Positions 10,466 through 20,026 of a stretch of DNA of 64,000 bases are shown piece after piece (the first letter of the stretch is position 1; each line of letters starts with the position of its first letter). The DNA lies in the NCBI GenBank assembly GCA_964242585.1, contig CAXTBJ010000009.1:8991-72990 (forward strand), in the 5' to 3' direction. This DNA comes from an uncultured Bryocella sp. (lineage in GTDB: Bacteria; Acidobacteriota; Terriglobia; Terriglobales; Acidobacteriaceae). The notes beneath the pieces are model-generated. The model did not search any database, had not been told where the DNA came from, and was given only the letters and a program-made list of their open reading frames with translations. A program made the translations under genes and the position numbers.

Positions 10466-12232
10466 ATGCGGAAGCGTGTTGCTGCCCTTTTCCTCCTTTG
10501 CGGTTCGGTCGTCTCCTCACCCGCACAACGTGTCTCGGCCGATGGCGCGGGTCAGACGCTTACTTATCTGGCAAACCAGTGCTTTGAGCAGGTCCTCTAC
10601 AAGTACAACCCCAGCCAAGCGACACAACTGGGTTTGCACCAGTACGACCCACAGCTGGAAGATTATTCAGCGGCGAACGTGCAGCGCGAGATTGCCGCGC
10701 TGCACGACTGGGAGCGCAAAATTTCGGCCATCGACGCGAGCGCGCTCGACCAGGAACCCGCAGCCGATCGCGAGATCCTGTTGAACCAGATCAAGAGCCA
10801 GCTGCTGCAGCTGGAGGTGATTCGCGGCTGGGAGAAGAACCCGGACAGCTACTCGAGCGGCATCACGGGCTCGATCTTCTCGCTGATGGAGCGGCCGTAT
10901 GCGCCGGTGAACACGCGTCTGCACGCGGCGATCGCGCGCGAAAAGCTGATGCCGCAGGTGTTTGCGGCCGCGCGGGCGAACCTGAAAAATCCGCCGAAGA
11001 TCTATACCGAAATCGCACTCGAACAGATCGACGGTCTGGTCAGCTTCTTTCAGCACGATGTGCCCGAGGCGTTTGCCGCCGCCGACGACACGCAGGCGAA
11101 GGCCGATTTTGCCAAGTCGAACGCCGCTGTCGTCGCGGCGCTCCAAAGCTATGCGCAATGGATGAAGACCGACCTGCTGCCGCGCTCGAACGGCGACTTC
11201 CGCTACGGCGCGGATACCTTCGCGAAAGCGCTGGCCTACAACGAGATGGTGGACACCCCGCTGGACCGCCTGTTGCAGATCGGCCTGGATGATTTGCACA
11301 AGAATCAGGCGGAGTTCGCCCGGGTAGCCAAACAGATCGATCCAACCAAGACGCCGCAGCAGGAGCTCGCGGAGCTGGCCACGATGCACCCCACGCCCGA
11401 TCATCTGCTCGGTGCCTTTCACGACCGCTTCGCCTCCGAGATCGCGTTCATCCATGCAAAAAACATCATCACGATTCCAAGTACGGTAGAGCCGACGCTT
11501 GAGGAGACGCCGCCCTTCGAGCGGGCCACGACGCAGGCCTCCATGGACCCGCCGGGGCCGTTCGAGACGCATTCCACCAAGGCTCTGTTCAACGTCACCC
11601 TGCCCGACCCGCGCTGGACCGAACAGCGCAAGAATGACTACCTCGCTGCCTTCAACGTGGGGACCATCGTGTCCACCAGCGTGCATGAGGCGTACCCCGG
11701 CCATTACGTGCAGTTTCTGTACCAGCCGCAGTTTCCATCGACGATCCGCAAGGTGATCGGCGCCAATACCTATATCGAAGGCTGGGCGCACTACTGCGAG
11801 CAGATGATGCTCGACCAGGGGTATAACGCGGTCGGCGTGGGCGCGAAGGACGAGCGCGAGTCGAATCTGATCCGCCTGGGCCAGCTACAGGACGCCCTGC
11901 TGCGCGATGCGCGTTTCGTGGTCGCCATCCGCATGCACACGGGCGTGGGCGGGGCGCTGACGACCGCGCAGGCCGAAGATTTCTTCGTGACCGAGGGCTA
12001 CCAGGCGAGGCCTATCGCGGAGGTGGAGACCAAGCGCGGCACCAGCGATGCGCTGTATCTGTACTACACGCTCGGCAAGCTGGAGATCCTGAAGCTGCGC
12101 GCGGATCTGATGGCGCAGCAGGGTGCGGCGTTTTCCTTGCGGGAGTTTCACGACGCCTTGATGAAACAGGGGCCCGCGCCGCTGAAGGTGGTTCGCAAGG
12201 CGATGCTGCACAACGATTCGCCGGTACTGTAA
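10466..12232 (+). CDS. DUF885 family protein (secreted putative metallopeptidase)
   Basis: HEAYPGH, EGWAHYCE, YTLGKLEI motifs; signal peptide. Confidence 0.9.
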   Translation: MRKRVAALFLLCGSVVSSPAQRVSADGAGQTLTYLANQCFEQVLYKYNPSQATQLGLHQYDPQLEDYSAANVQREIAALHDWERKISAIDASALDQEPAADREILLNQIKSQLLQLEVIRGWEKNPDSYSSGITGSIFSLMERPYAPVNTRLHAAIAREKLMPQVFAAARANLKNPPKIYTEIALEQIDGLVSFFQHDVPEAFAAADDTQAKADFAKSNAAVVAALQSYAQWMKTDLLPRSNGDFRYGADTFAKALAYNEMVDTPLDRLLQIGLDDLHKNQAEFARVAKQIDPTKTPQQELAELATMHPTPDHLLGAFHDRFASEIAFIHAKNIITIPSTVEPTLEETPPFERATTQASMDPPGPFETHSTKALFNVTLPDPRWTEQRKNDYLAAFNVGTIVSTSVHEAYPGHYVQFLYQPQFPSTIRKVIGANTYIEGWAHYCEQMMLDQGYNAVGVGAKDERESNLIRLGQLQDALLRDARFVVAIRMHTGVGGALTTAQAEDFFVTEGYQARPIAEVETKRGTSDALYLYYTLGKLEILKLRADLMAQQGAAFSLREFHDALMKQGPAPLKVVRKAMLHNDSPVL

Positions 12233-12253
12233 TGACCGGCGCAAGCCCCTTTC

Positions 12254-12291
12254 GTCACGTTACGTCCCCCTTTCGAGGGACGTAACGTGAC
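12254..12291. terminator. Perfect 15-bp inverted repeat after DUF885
   Basis: GTCACGTTACGTCCC-N8-GGGACGTAACGTGAC; no U-tract. Confidence 0.5.
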
Positions 12292-12317
12292 CGTCGCGGC
12301 TCCTATAATCGCCGCAT

Positions 12318-12977
12318 ATGCAAGGGGAAAATGTGCAGTTCGGCTGTGGCACCTGCGCTCCCGCATCCTGGCTGAACTTCGATGCGGGCCCGGCGTTTCT
12401 CTTGGAAAAGCGTTTGCCTTTTCTGAAGGCGATGCTGGTGCGCAAGGGTTTTCCGGACTATCCGGTAAATATCCATTACGGGGATGTGATCAAGGGGCTG
12501 CCGGTGCGGCAGGGCGCCGCCAGCCGCGTGTACTGTTCCCACGTGCTGGAGCACCTGTCGCTCGAGGATTGCCGCCGGACGCTGCGCCATGTGTGGAGCT
12601 ATCTGGCGCCGGGCGGGGTGTTTCGTTTTGTGGTTCCGGACCTGGAGTTCTACGCGCGGCGGTACCTTGGTTCCGCCGAGCCGGAAGCAGCCTCCGTCTT
12701 CATGGCGGAGACCTATCTGGGCGAGCAGCAATCGGCGCGCGGCGTGCGTTCGCTGCCCAAGGCGCTGTTTGGCCGCAGCCAGCACCTTTGGATGTGGGAT
12801 TATCGCAATTTTTCCAAAGAGCTGACGGCCGCGGGCTTCACCGCCATCCGGCGCGCGGCCTTTGGCGACTCCGGCGATCCGGCCTTTGCGGAGGTGGAAA
12901 GTGAGGGCCGCTGGCGCAACTGTCTCGGCATCGAGTGCCGGCGTCCGGAGACCTCGGCAGACCCGACAGCAGGATGA
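12318..12977 (+). CDS. Methyltransferase domain protein
   Basis: VQFGCG, YCSHVLEHL, LAPGGVFRFVVPDL; TATAAT at 12304-12309. Confidence 0.85.
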   Translation: MQGENVQFGCGTCAPASWLNFDAGPAFLLEKRLPFLKAMLVRKGFPDYPVNIHYGDVIKGLPVRQGAASRVYCSHVLEHLSLEDCRRTLRHVWSYLAPGGVFRFVVPDLEFYARRYLGSAEPEAASVFMAETYLGEQQSARGVRSLPKALFGRSQHLWMWDYRNFSKELTAAGFTAIRRAAFGDSGDPAFAEVESEGRWRNCLGIECRRPETSADPTAG

Positions 12978-13111
12978 GGTCGCAAGCGCGAGGCTTGACG
13001 GAGTACGGAAGTGCAGACTATTGATTTCAAGCACCGAAACGGCTGCGTGGTATCGTCGCCTAGGAAACAGACGGACGTTTTAAGAAGTTACCAGTAAGGA
13101 AGTCTTGGGGC

Positions 13112-13990
13112 ATGACATCGAAGAAGGTTAGAAAGGCGGTCATACCCGCCGCGGGCATGGGAACTCGGTTCTTGCCGGCAACGAAGGCGATTCCGAAGGA
13201 GATGTTGCCCCTGGTCGACAAGCCGCTGATCCAGTATGGCGTGGAAGAGGCTGTCGCCGCCGGCTGCACCGAGATCATCATCATCACGGGCCGCGGCAAA
13301 ACGCCGCTGGAGGATCATTTCGACCGCGCGCCGGAGCTGGAGTGGCAGCTGGCGGCCCGCGGCAAGCATGATTTGCTGGAGCTGGCCTGTTCCATGTCCA
13401 AGCTGGCGCACATCACCTACACGCGCCAGTCGGAGGCGTTGGGGCTGGGCCATGCCGTACTGCAGGCCAAGGCGCTGGTGGGCGACGAGCCGTTCGCGGT
13501 GATCCTGCCGGACGATGTCGTCTACGCCAAGGTTCCTTGCATGAAGCAGATGGTGGAGGCGTATGAGACCAAGCAGGCAAGCATCATCGCGTCCGAGGTG
13601 GTGGAAGGCTCGGCCATTCAAAACTACGGCTGCCTGGACTGCACGCCGGACGGCGACGATCCGCGGCTGTTGAAGGTCCGCAACATGGTGGAAAAACCCA
13701 AGCCTTCGGAGGCACCGAGCCAGAATGCCATCATCGGCCGCTACATCCTGACGCCGCGTATCTTCGAGATGATCGAAGGCCTGCAGCCGGGCGCCGGGGG
13801 CGAGCTGCAGTTGACCGATGCCATCAAGGCCCTGCTGGAGTTCGAGTCCGTTTACGGCTTCCTGTATGAAGGGGAACGTCACGACGCGGGCGACAAGTTC
13901 GGATTTTTGAAGGCGACAGTCGAGTTCGCGCTGAAGCGGGAGGATCTGGGCCCGAAATTCCGGGAATGGTTGCGATCAAGGCAGTTTTAG
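13112..13990 (+). CDS. galU: UTP--glucose-1-phosphate uridylyltransferase
   Basis: KAVIPAAGMGTRFLPATKAIPKEMLP, LGLGHAV, VEKP, GELQLTDA. Confidence 0.97.
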   Translation: MTSKKVRKAVIPAAGMGTRFLPATKAIPKEMLPLVDKPLIQYGVEEAVAAGCTEIIIITGRGKTPLEDHFDRAPELEWQLAARGKHDLLELACSMSKLAHITYTRQSEALGLGHAVLQAKALVGDEPFAVILPDDVVYAKVPCMKQMVEAYETKQASIIASEVVEGSAIQNYGCLDCTPDGDDPRLLKVRNMVEKPKPSEAPSQNAIIGRYILTPRIFEMIEGLQPGAGGELQLTDAIKALLEFESVYGFLYEGERHDAGDKFGFLKATVEFALKREDLGPKFREWLRSRQF

Positions 13991-14011
13991 CGGGGTATCG
14001 CTCAATCCCGC

Positions 14012-14053
14012 GCCCAGCGCTTTTCATGGCCCAGCGTTTTTTCATGGCCCAGC
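14012..14053. repeat. Imperfect 17-18 bp tandem duplication
   Basis: GCCCAGCG(C/T)TTTT(T)CATG x2 plus partial GCCCAGC. Confidence 0.7.
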
Positions 14054-14118
14054 ATCGTGTGCGCCCGGCGTACAACAGCGCGTGTCCGCCGGCCCTCTGA
14101 TGAGGGTGGACACACATC

Positions 14119-16581
14119 ATGGATAAGGGTACCGAGAAGCGCAGGGTTACACAGCCCAAAGAAAAGCGGCAGGCCCGAGGGGGTCCGGGTGTAGAGCCGC
14201 GCTGGACCTCCGGGGCGAAGACAATGGTCGGCACGGCGGCCTCCGCACGCAGCCGGATCTGGTTCACGGTCAACAACGGCACCTTGGCCGAGATCTACTA
14301 CCCCGATGTGGATCAGGCCAATACGCGGTCGCTACGGTTTCTGGTTACCGGTCCCGACGGCTTCTCCGACGAGACCTGGGATGCCGAACATCGTGTGGAC
14401 TGGCTGGCGCCGGGTGTGCCGGGCTGCCGCATCCAGACGCAGTGCAAGCGCGGCCGCTACAGCATGTCCAAGGAAGTTGTGACGGACCCGCTGCGCGACG
14501 TTCTGCTGCTGCGGACCACCTTTACCCCGGCCGATGGCCAAGATCTGCGGCTATTTCTGTTACTCGATCCGCATGTCGGGGATCAGGGCTCTCAGAACCA
14601 TGCCTGGGCGGGTGACTACAAGGGGGTTTCGATGCTGTTTGCCTGCCGCAACCAGGTAGCCCTGGCCGTGGCGACCGAGCCCGCGCCCAGGATGTCCAGT
14701 ATCGGCTACATCGGAACCACGGACGCCTACACGCTGCTGTCAAAAGGCAAACCCCTGCCTGACACCAACATCGCGGAGCCGGGCAACGTGGCGCTCGCGG
14801 CGGAGATCGACCTGCGGGCCGCGCCGTGGAGGGAGGGATCGTGCTCCTTCACCGTCTCGGTGGCCTTTGGCAGGGACCCGGCCGAGGCAGGGCAGCAGGC
14901 GCGTGCCGGGCTGCTCCAGAACTTCGATCGAACACGCGACCTTTTTGTGCAGGGCTGGCAGGCGGAGCAGGGCCGCTACGCCGACATGAAAGACCTTGCT
15001 GAAGCGGATGCCAAGCCCGGCACCGAACCTGGTCCGGACATGTACCGCGTCTGCACGGCCGTGCTGGAAACGCATCAGTCGAAGCGTTTTCCAGGAGGTT
15101 TTGTGGCCAGCCTTTCCCTGCCATGGGGGTTTGCAAGGCCCGACCGGGATCTCGGGGGCTACCATGTCGTCTGGCCGCGCGACCTGGCCGAGGTTGCCAT
15201 GGGCAAACTGGCCTACGGTGATGCCAGGTCCGCTCGTTCGACGCTGTTTTACCTGGCCTGCACGCAGGAGCCGGATGGGGGCTGGAGTCAGAATATGTGG
15301 CTGGACGGCACGCAGAACATGGGTGCCATCCAGATGGACGGCATCGCGCTGCCCGTCCTGCTGGCCGATAAAATGCGGCGTGACAATGCGCTGGAGGGCC
15401 ATGACGTCCAGCCGATGATTCGTGCCGCAATCGTTTATATGCTGCAGCATGGGCCGGTGACACAGCAGGACAGATGGGAGACGACCCCGGGCTACTCGCC
15501 CTTTACCATGGCCGTGCAGGTCGCGGCGCTGCTGGCCGGGGCGGACTGTGCGGACGAGCGCGGCGCCGCGGACGAGGCCCGCTTCCTTCGTGAAACGGCC
15601 GATGCCTGGAACGACAGCATCGATGAGCTGACCTATGTGCAGGACACCCCGCTGGCGCGGGCGCATGGCGTGGCGGGCTGCTACCTGCGCATGACCCCAC
15701 CGGAGCGGATCGGCAAACGTGAGGCCGGCCGGCTGAAGATCCTGCTGCGCAACCTGCCGTTTGGACAAAACCACCAGCCGGCCATCGATATCGTGAGCCC
15801 GGACGCTCTGGCGCTGGTGCGCTTCGGCCTGCGCGCGGCGGACGATCCGCGCATCCTCGATACGGTGAAGGTGATCGATGCCACCCTGCGGCGCGAAACG
15901 CGCACCGGGCCGGTGTGGCGGCGCTCCTCCCGGGATGGCTATGGGGAGCCGGCAAACGGCAAACCCTTTAAGATGGCGGGCGAGGGCCGCGGCTGGCCCC
16001 TGCTGTGCGGTGAGCGCGGACATTACGAACTCGCCGCGGGTCACGGCGAGGAGGCGCTTGCCCTGCTGCGGACCATGGCCCGGCAGACCAGTGAGTGCGG
16101 TATGCTGCCCGAGCAGGTGTGGGATGCCGAAGACATCCCCGGCCGCGAGCTGTACAACGGTCGCCCCACCGGCTCGGGCATGCCCCTGGTCTGGGCACAT
16201 GCGGAGTATCTGAAGCTGCTGCGCAGCCTGCATGGGGAAGCCGTTTGGGACCAGCCGCCGCAGACCGTCGCGCGCTATGTGCACGCCCGGCATCCGGCGA
16301 GTTTCCAGATTTGGCGGCCAGAGCAGAGGCGTGGCTACACCACCGCGGGGAAGGATCTGCGGGTAGATCTAGCGTCGCCCGCGAAGATTTTCTGGAGGAA
16401 TAGTGGCCGCGAACAACATACCCAGACGGCGAACAGCGAATTGGGCCTGCATACGGCAACGTTGCCTTTGGCGGCGTTGCCCCCCGGCACCGCAGTCCGC
16501 GTGCGCGTAGAGCCCGATGCCGGCACAAAGGCCGATGCTTTTCTCGTAAAAATTCAGTCCAGACCGGGAGACCGTGAGTAA
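14119..16581 (+). CDS. Glucoamylase / glucodextranase-like glycoside hydrolase family 15
   Basis: GYHVVWPRD, QDRWE, DGYGE, LPEQVWD, PLVWAHAEY motifs. Confidence 0.92.
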   Translation: MDKGTEKRRVTQPKEKRQARGGPGVEPRWTSGAKTMVGTAASARSRIWFTVNNGTLAEIYYPDVDQANTRSLRFLVTGPDGFSDETWDAEHRVDWLAPGVPGCRIQTQCKRGRYSMSKEVVTDPLRDVLLLRTTFTPADGQDLRLFLLLDPHVGDQGSQNHAWAGDYKGVSMLFACRNQVALAVATEPAPRMSSIGYIGTTDAYTLLSKGKPLPDTNIAEPGNVALAAEIDLRAAPWREGSCSFTVSVAFGRDPAEAGQQARAGLLQNFDRTRDLFVQGWQAEQGRYADMKDLAEADAKPGTEPGPDMYRVCTAVLETHQSKRFPGGFVASLSLPWGFARPDRDLGGYHVVWPRDLAEVAMGKLAYGDARSARSTLFYLACTQEPDGGWSQNMWLDGTQNMGAIQMDGIALPVLLADKMRRDNALEGHDVQPMIRAAIVYMLQHGPVTQQDRWETTPGYSPFTMAVQVAALLAGADCADERGAADEARFLRETADAWNDSIDELTYVQDTPLARAHGVAGCYLRMTPPERIGKREAGRLKILLRNLPFGQNHQPAIDIVSPDALALVRFGLRAADDPRILDTVKVIDATLRRETRTGPVWRRSSRDGYGEPANGKPFKMAGEGRGWPLLCGERGHYELAAGHGEEALALLRTMARQTSECGMLPEQVWDAEDIPGRELYNGRPTGSGMPLVWAHAEYLKLLRSLHGEAVWDQPPQTVARYVHARHPASFQIWRPEQRRGYTTAGKDLRVDLASPAKIFWRNSGREQHTQTANSELGLHTATLPLAALPPGTAVRVRVEPDAGTKADAFLVKIQSRPGDRE

Positions 16582-17698
16582 GGTGCGAATGACTCCTCCA
16601 TCTCGCCCGGGTCGGGTCGGCCAGAAGCACATATGCGGGTTTCGCGGTCTACTGCCCCGGTTTGCGCTGGGCGTCGCTGGGTTGGTGGTTGGAAATCTTG
16701 GCTGTCCGGCGATGTCGGCGCAGGAGCGGCGTCCGCTGGAGCCGCCGATCGCGGCGCAGCGGGAGACGCCGCAGCACCGTATCCGCCTGATTCTGAAGGA
16801 TGGCGGCTACCAAACGGTGCTGAGCTACCGTGTGGTGGGTGACGTCGTCCGTTATCGGTCGGCGGAACGCGACGGCGCGGAGGAGGATATCCCCTTGGCG
16901 CTGGTTGACCTGCCTGCGACGAAGGAATGGGAGCGCGCGCACGATCCCAACCAGCCGCCCGAAGCGGCGCAACCGCCGGTGCTGAGCCCGGAGTTGGCCC
17001 GGGAGGAGGCCGCGCGCGCCGCCGCCACGCCCGAGGTAGCCAAGGATCTGCGTCTACCCGAGGAAGACAGTGTGCTGGTGCTCGATACCTTTCAAGGCAC
17101 ACCGGAGCTGGTGCCGATGCCGCAGCAAAATACCGATCTGAACCGAGAAACCGCGCACAATGTGCTGAAAAAGGAGATCAATCCACAGGCCAGCCCGCAC
17201 GATTTGCTGTTCCTGAAAGACGAGCGCGCCGATGTACAGCTGCATGTGCCGGACCCGGTATTTTTTGTGCGTCTGGAGAGCAGAACGGCGGAGGAGACTA
17301 CAGGGGGTGGCGGTTTCGTCGTGGATACCGGGGGCCAGTCGGGCAGGGTGACGCCCGGCGGCGGGGCGACGGGCAGCCGCTACGTCATTGAGCGCGTGGA
17401 TGTACGCCGCGGCGAGCGGGCGCTCAGCAGCTTTGTGTTACGTCTGCTGGACAGCGGACGGGCGCAGCCGGACCTTGTGGAAACTCGCCTGGAGCCGCTT
17501 CCTGGAGGGCAATGGGAGCGCGTTGTTCCCAGGGAGCCGCTCGTCTTCGGCGAGTACGTGCTGGTTGAGGTATTGAACGACCGGACGATCAACAGCAGCG
17601 TATGGGACTTCGGCGTACACCCGACCGCGAAAGAAAACGATGAAGCGCTGCATCCCGAGCCGAAACGGCCGGCACGGCTGGAGCGCCGCGGTCCTTGA
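16574..17698 (+). CDS. Secreted hypothetical protein
   Basis: 374-aa ORF overlapping the GH15 stop; hydrophobic signal segment; start uncertain. Confidence 0.7.
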   Translation: MSKVRMTPPSRPGRVGQKHICGFRGLLPRFALGVAGLVVGNLGCPAMSAQERRPLEPPIAAQRETPQHRIRLILKDGGYQTVLSYRVVGDVVRYRSAERDGAEEDIPLALVDLPATKEWERAHDPNQPPEAAQPPVLSPELAREEAARAAATPEVAKDLRLPEEDSVLVLDTFQGTPELVPMPQQNTDLNRETAHNVLKKEINPQASPHDLLFLKDERADVQLHVPDPVFFVRLESRTAEETTGGGGFVVDTGGQSGRVTPGGGATGSRYVIERVDVRRGERALSSFVLRLLDSGRAQPDLVETRLEPLPGGQWERVVPREPLVFGEYVLVEVLNDRTINSSVWDFGVHPTAKENDEALHPEPKRPARLERRGP

Positions 17699-17733
17699 GC
17701 ACAAATTCCCACATAAAAAATGCAGGCTGTCAC

Positions 17734-17813
17734 TGAGGAGATACGGTCGAATCTGAGGGAGCACGGCTGTATTTGAAGGAGCACAGCCTTACCTGAAGGA
17801 GCACAGCGCCATA
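17734..17813. repeat. Four imperfect 20-bp tandem units, each with a GGAG core
   Basis: TGAGGAGATACGGTCGAATC / TGAGGGAGCACGGCTGTATT / TGAAGGAGCACAGCCTTACC / TGAAGGAGCACAGCGCCATA. Confidence 0.7.
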
Positions 17814-17842
17814 CGAGGAAATAGCGCCTTTGCTCTTCTTTT

Positions 17843-17867
17843 GTCATTCCCGAAGGGAATCTGCGTT
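17843..17867. repeat. REP-like palindromic element
   Basis: GTCATTCCC-GAA-GGGAATCTGCGTT, a GTCAT-headed hairpin in a convergent intergenic region. Confidence 0.55.
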
Positions 17868-17913
17868 GGGCTGCGCGGCATCGCAGCCGAGTAACTTGCT
17901 CGGAGGCTCAAAG

Positions 17914-17940
17914 AAGAGGCCTCCATGAAGGAGGCCCCTT
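17914..17940 (-). terminator. Intrinsic terminator of the TPR gene
   Basis: AAGGGGCCTCC-N5-GGAGGCCTCTT followed by CTTT on the minus strand. Confidence 0.65.
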
Positions 17941-17954
17941 GAGTGATTGGCCGG

Positions 17955-18785
17955 TTATTTCGTCATGTCGATGCCGCCGGAGTTGGCGCGTTCCTTGGCG
18001 GCTTCGTTGGCCTTCGCGGCCCCCATGGCGCGATGAACCCAGTCATCGGCCTTGGCGATATCGTCCTTACGCGCGGCGTCATTGCCGCACTCGATCTCGG
18101 CCTTGCTGCGCCACAGAAGGTTGAGGTACTGCATGGCGTCGTCATAGGTCGGGTTCAAGTCGACCGCCTTATTCAGAAACTGCTGCGCGGTGTCGAGCAG
18201 GGGCGTGTTTTCAGAGGAAAGCTGCGAGCAGACCTTCGGCGGCAGTTTGGCATTGCCGAGTCGATCGTCCGTGAGCTTGTTGGCCTTCAGCAGATCGGTG
18301 GCGTTCTTGTCCGCCCTTTGCCAATCGACTACCCCGACCGAGTAATTAGCCTCGGAGTCCTTGGGATCGAGCTGTATGACCTTGAGCTCGTCCTGGCGCG
18401 ACTTGTCGAAGTTCATCACGTTTCGGTCGATGGACGCGATCTGCCGCCAGGCGTCTACATCGTTCGGATTGCGCTGCAGCACCTGGTTGAACCCGTCCAG
18501 CGCCTTTTGCGCGACCGCCAGATTTTGCGGGGTGTTGTTGTTCGGCTGCACCTGGTAGCTGTAGGCCGTGGCGAGATACGTCTGGGCATTTGGATAGGTG
18601 GGATCAAGCCGAACCGATTCCTGAAAGCGATCGATCGCTGTTTCGTAGTGGCCGGCCTTGAACTCCTGCACACCTTTCACGAGTTGATCGCGCGCCTTGA
18701 GCTTCGAACAGCCCGTGGTGCCCACGAGCAGAAGAAGGAGCGCGAGGCCCCCCGGTACATGTGCGCGTTGTGCGCTTTGTGTCAT
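17955..18785 (-). CDS. Tetratricopeptide-repeat lipoprotein
   Basis: Lipobox TTGC; repeated TPR helices (A...F...V.LDP.Y.NA..YLA). Confidence 0.85.
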   Translation of the reverse strand: MTQSAQRAHVPGGLALLLLLVGTTGCSKLKARDQLVKGVQEFKAGHYETAIDRFQESVRLDPTYPNAQTYLATAYSYQVQPNNNTPQNLAVAQKALDGFNQVLQRNPNDVDAWRQIASIDRNVMNFDKSRQDELKVIQLDPKDSEANYSVGVVDWQRADKNATDLLKANKLTDDRLGNAKLPPKVCSQLSSENTPLLDTAQQFLNKAVDLNPTYDDAMQYLNLLWRSKAEIECGNDAARKDDIAKADDWVHRAMGAAKANEAAKERANSGGIDMTK

Positions 18786-19013
18786 CAGCCTCATCCCCTT
18801 GCGACTATGGCGCCCGGCAGCCTTTGAAAGGCCACACCTGCAGTATGCAGCCATAAGGTCCACTTGCCGCTTGATTGTAAAGGCAGAAAGTGGAAAACAG
18901 CTAGAGGCTGCTTGTAATGCAACAGGTGGTTACCAACGATCACGGAAACAGGTGCCGCTTTGCCGGCCGCCGTGGGAGGATGAAAGCACGACTACGTTCC
19001 GGAGACCTGTTCG

Positions 19014-19943
19014 ATGGCGACAACGAGATGGACAGCATCGCAGATGCTCCCGCAGACCGGCAAAGTGATGTTGGTCACGGGCGCGAACAGCGGCATTGGG
19101 TACCAGGCAGCGCTGGAGTTGGCGAGACATGGAGCGTATGTCCTGCTGGGCGTGCGCTCCCCCGCCAAGGGGCAGGACGCCTTGCAGCGACTGCTCCGCG
19201 AGGCCCCCGGCGCCAGCGCCGAGGTGGTCGAACTCGACCTGGCCTCGTTGACTTCGGTGCGCTCGTTCGCGGAGGCGTTTCTGCGCCGCGACCAGGCCCT
19301 GGACGTTCTGATCAACAACGCAGGGGTGATGGCCCTTCCCAAAAGGGAACTGACCGTGGACGGTTTTGAGCGGCAGTTCGCCACCAATCATCTTGGGCAC
19401 TTTGCCCTTACCGGCCTGTTATTGCCGGCATTAAGGAGAAGCGCCGCAGCCCGCGTGGTGACGGTGTCCTCACTGGCGCATCGCAATGGAACGGTGGAGG
19501 CGAACAACCTCCAGAGCGAGCGCAGCTACGATCCCATGGGGGTCTACAACAATACGAAGCTCGCGAACCTGCTGTTTGCTTATGAACTGGACCGGCGTCT
19601 TAAAGCGGCTGGGGACTCGCTTCTCAGTATCGCTGTGCATCCCGGGGTAGCGAAGACCAACGTCTTTCAGAATGGACCGGGCGATGGGGGCGGTCTGAAA
19701 ACAAAGGTCATGAAGCTGGCGGTCTCGCTTCTGGCGCAGGATGACGCCATGGGAGCGCTGCCGCTCGAGTATGCGGCTACGCTACCCGGCGTGCCGGGTG
19801 GAGCGTACATAGGGCCCGACGGCATGGGTGAGATCAAGGGGTATCCCAAGGTGGTGCAACCCCGGGCGAAGGCCCTAGACGAAGTTACCGCGAAGGCGCT
19901 CTGGGAAGCGAGCGAAAAACTTACCGGCGTGGTCTACCTCTAG
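19014..19943 (+). CDS. Short-chain dehydrogenase/reductase (retinol-DH-like)
   Basis: TGANSGIG, NNAGVM, YNNTKLAN, HPG. Confidence 0.93.
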   Translation: MATTRWTASQMLPQTGKVMLVTGANSGIGYQAALELARHGAYVLLGVRSPAKGQDALQRLLREAPGASAEVVELDLASLTSVRSFAEAFLRRDQALDVLINNAGVMALPKRELTVDGFERQFATNHLGHFALTGLLLPALRRSAAARVVTVSSLAHRNGTVEANNLQSERSYDPMGVYNNTKLANLLFAYELDRRLKAAGDSLLSIAVHPGVAKTNVFQNGPGDGGGLKTKVMKLAVSLLAQDDAMGALPLEYAATLPGVPGGAYIGPDGMGEIKGYPKVVQPRAKALDEVTAKALWEASEKLTGVVYL

Positions 19944-20026
19944 CCGGCATCTCCCGGTACGAGCACTTTTGCAGAAAGTCATGTCGTAGAGGGCATATTG
20001 CCGGGCCTGCATGGTTCTCGCCGGGC

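Noticed and set aside
17734-17828. Mini-CRISPR (conserved core plus variable part)
   Set aside because: A 20-bp period is far too short and the variable parts are related to each other
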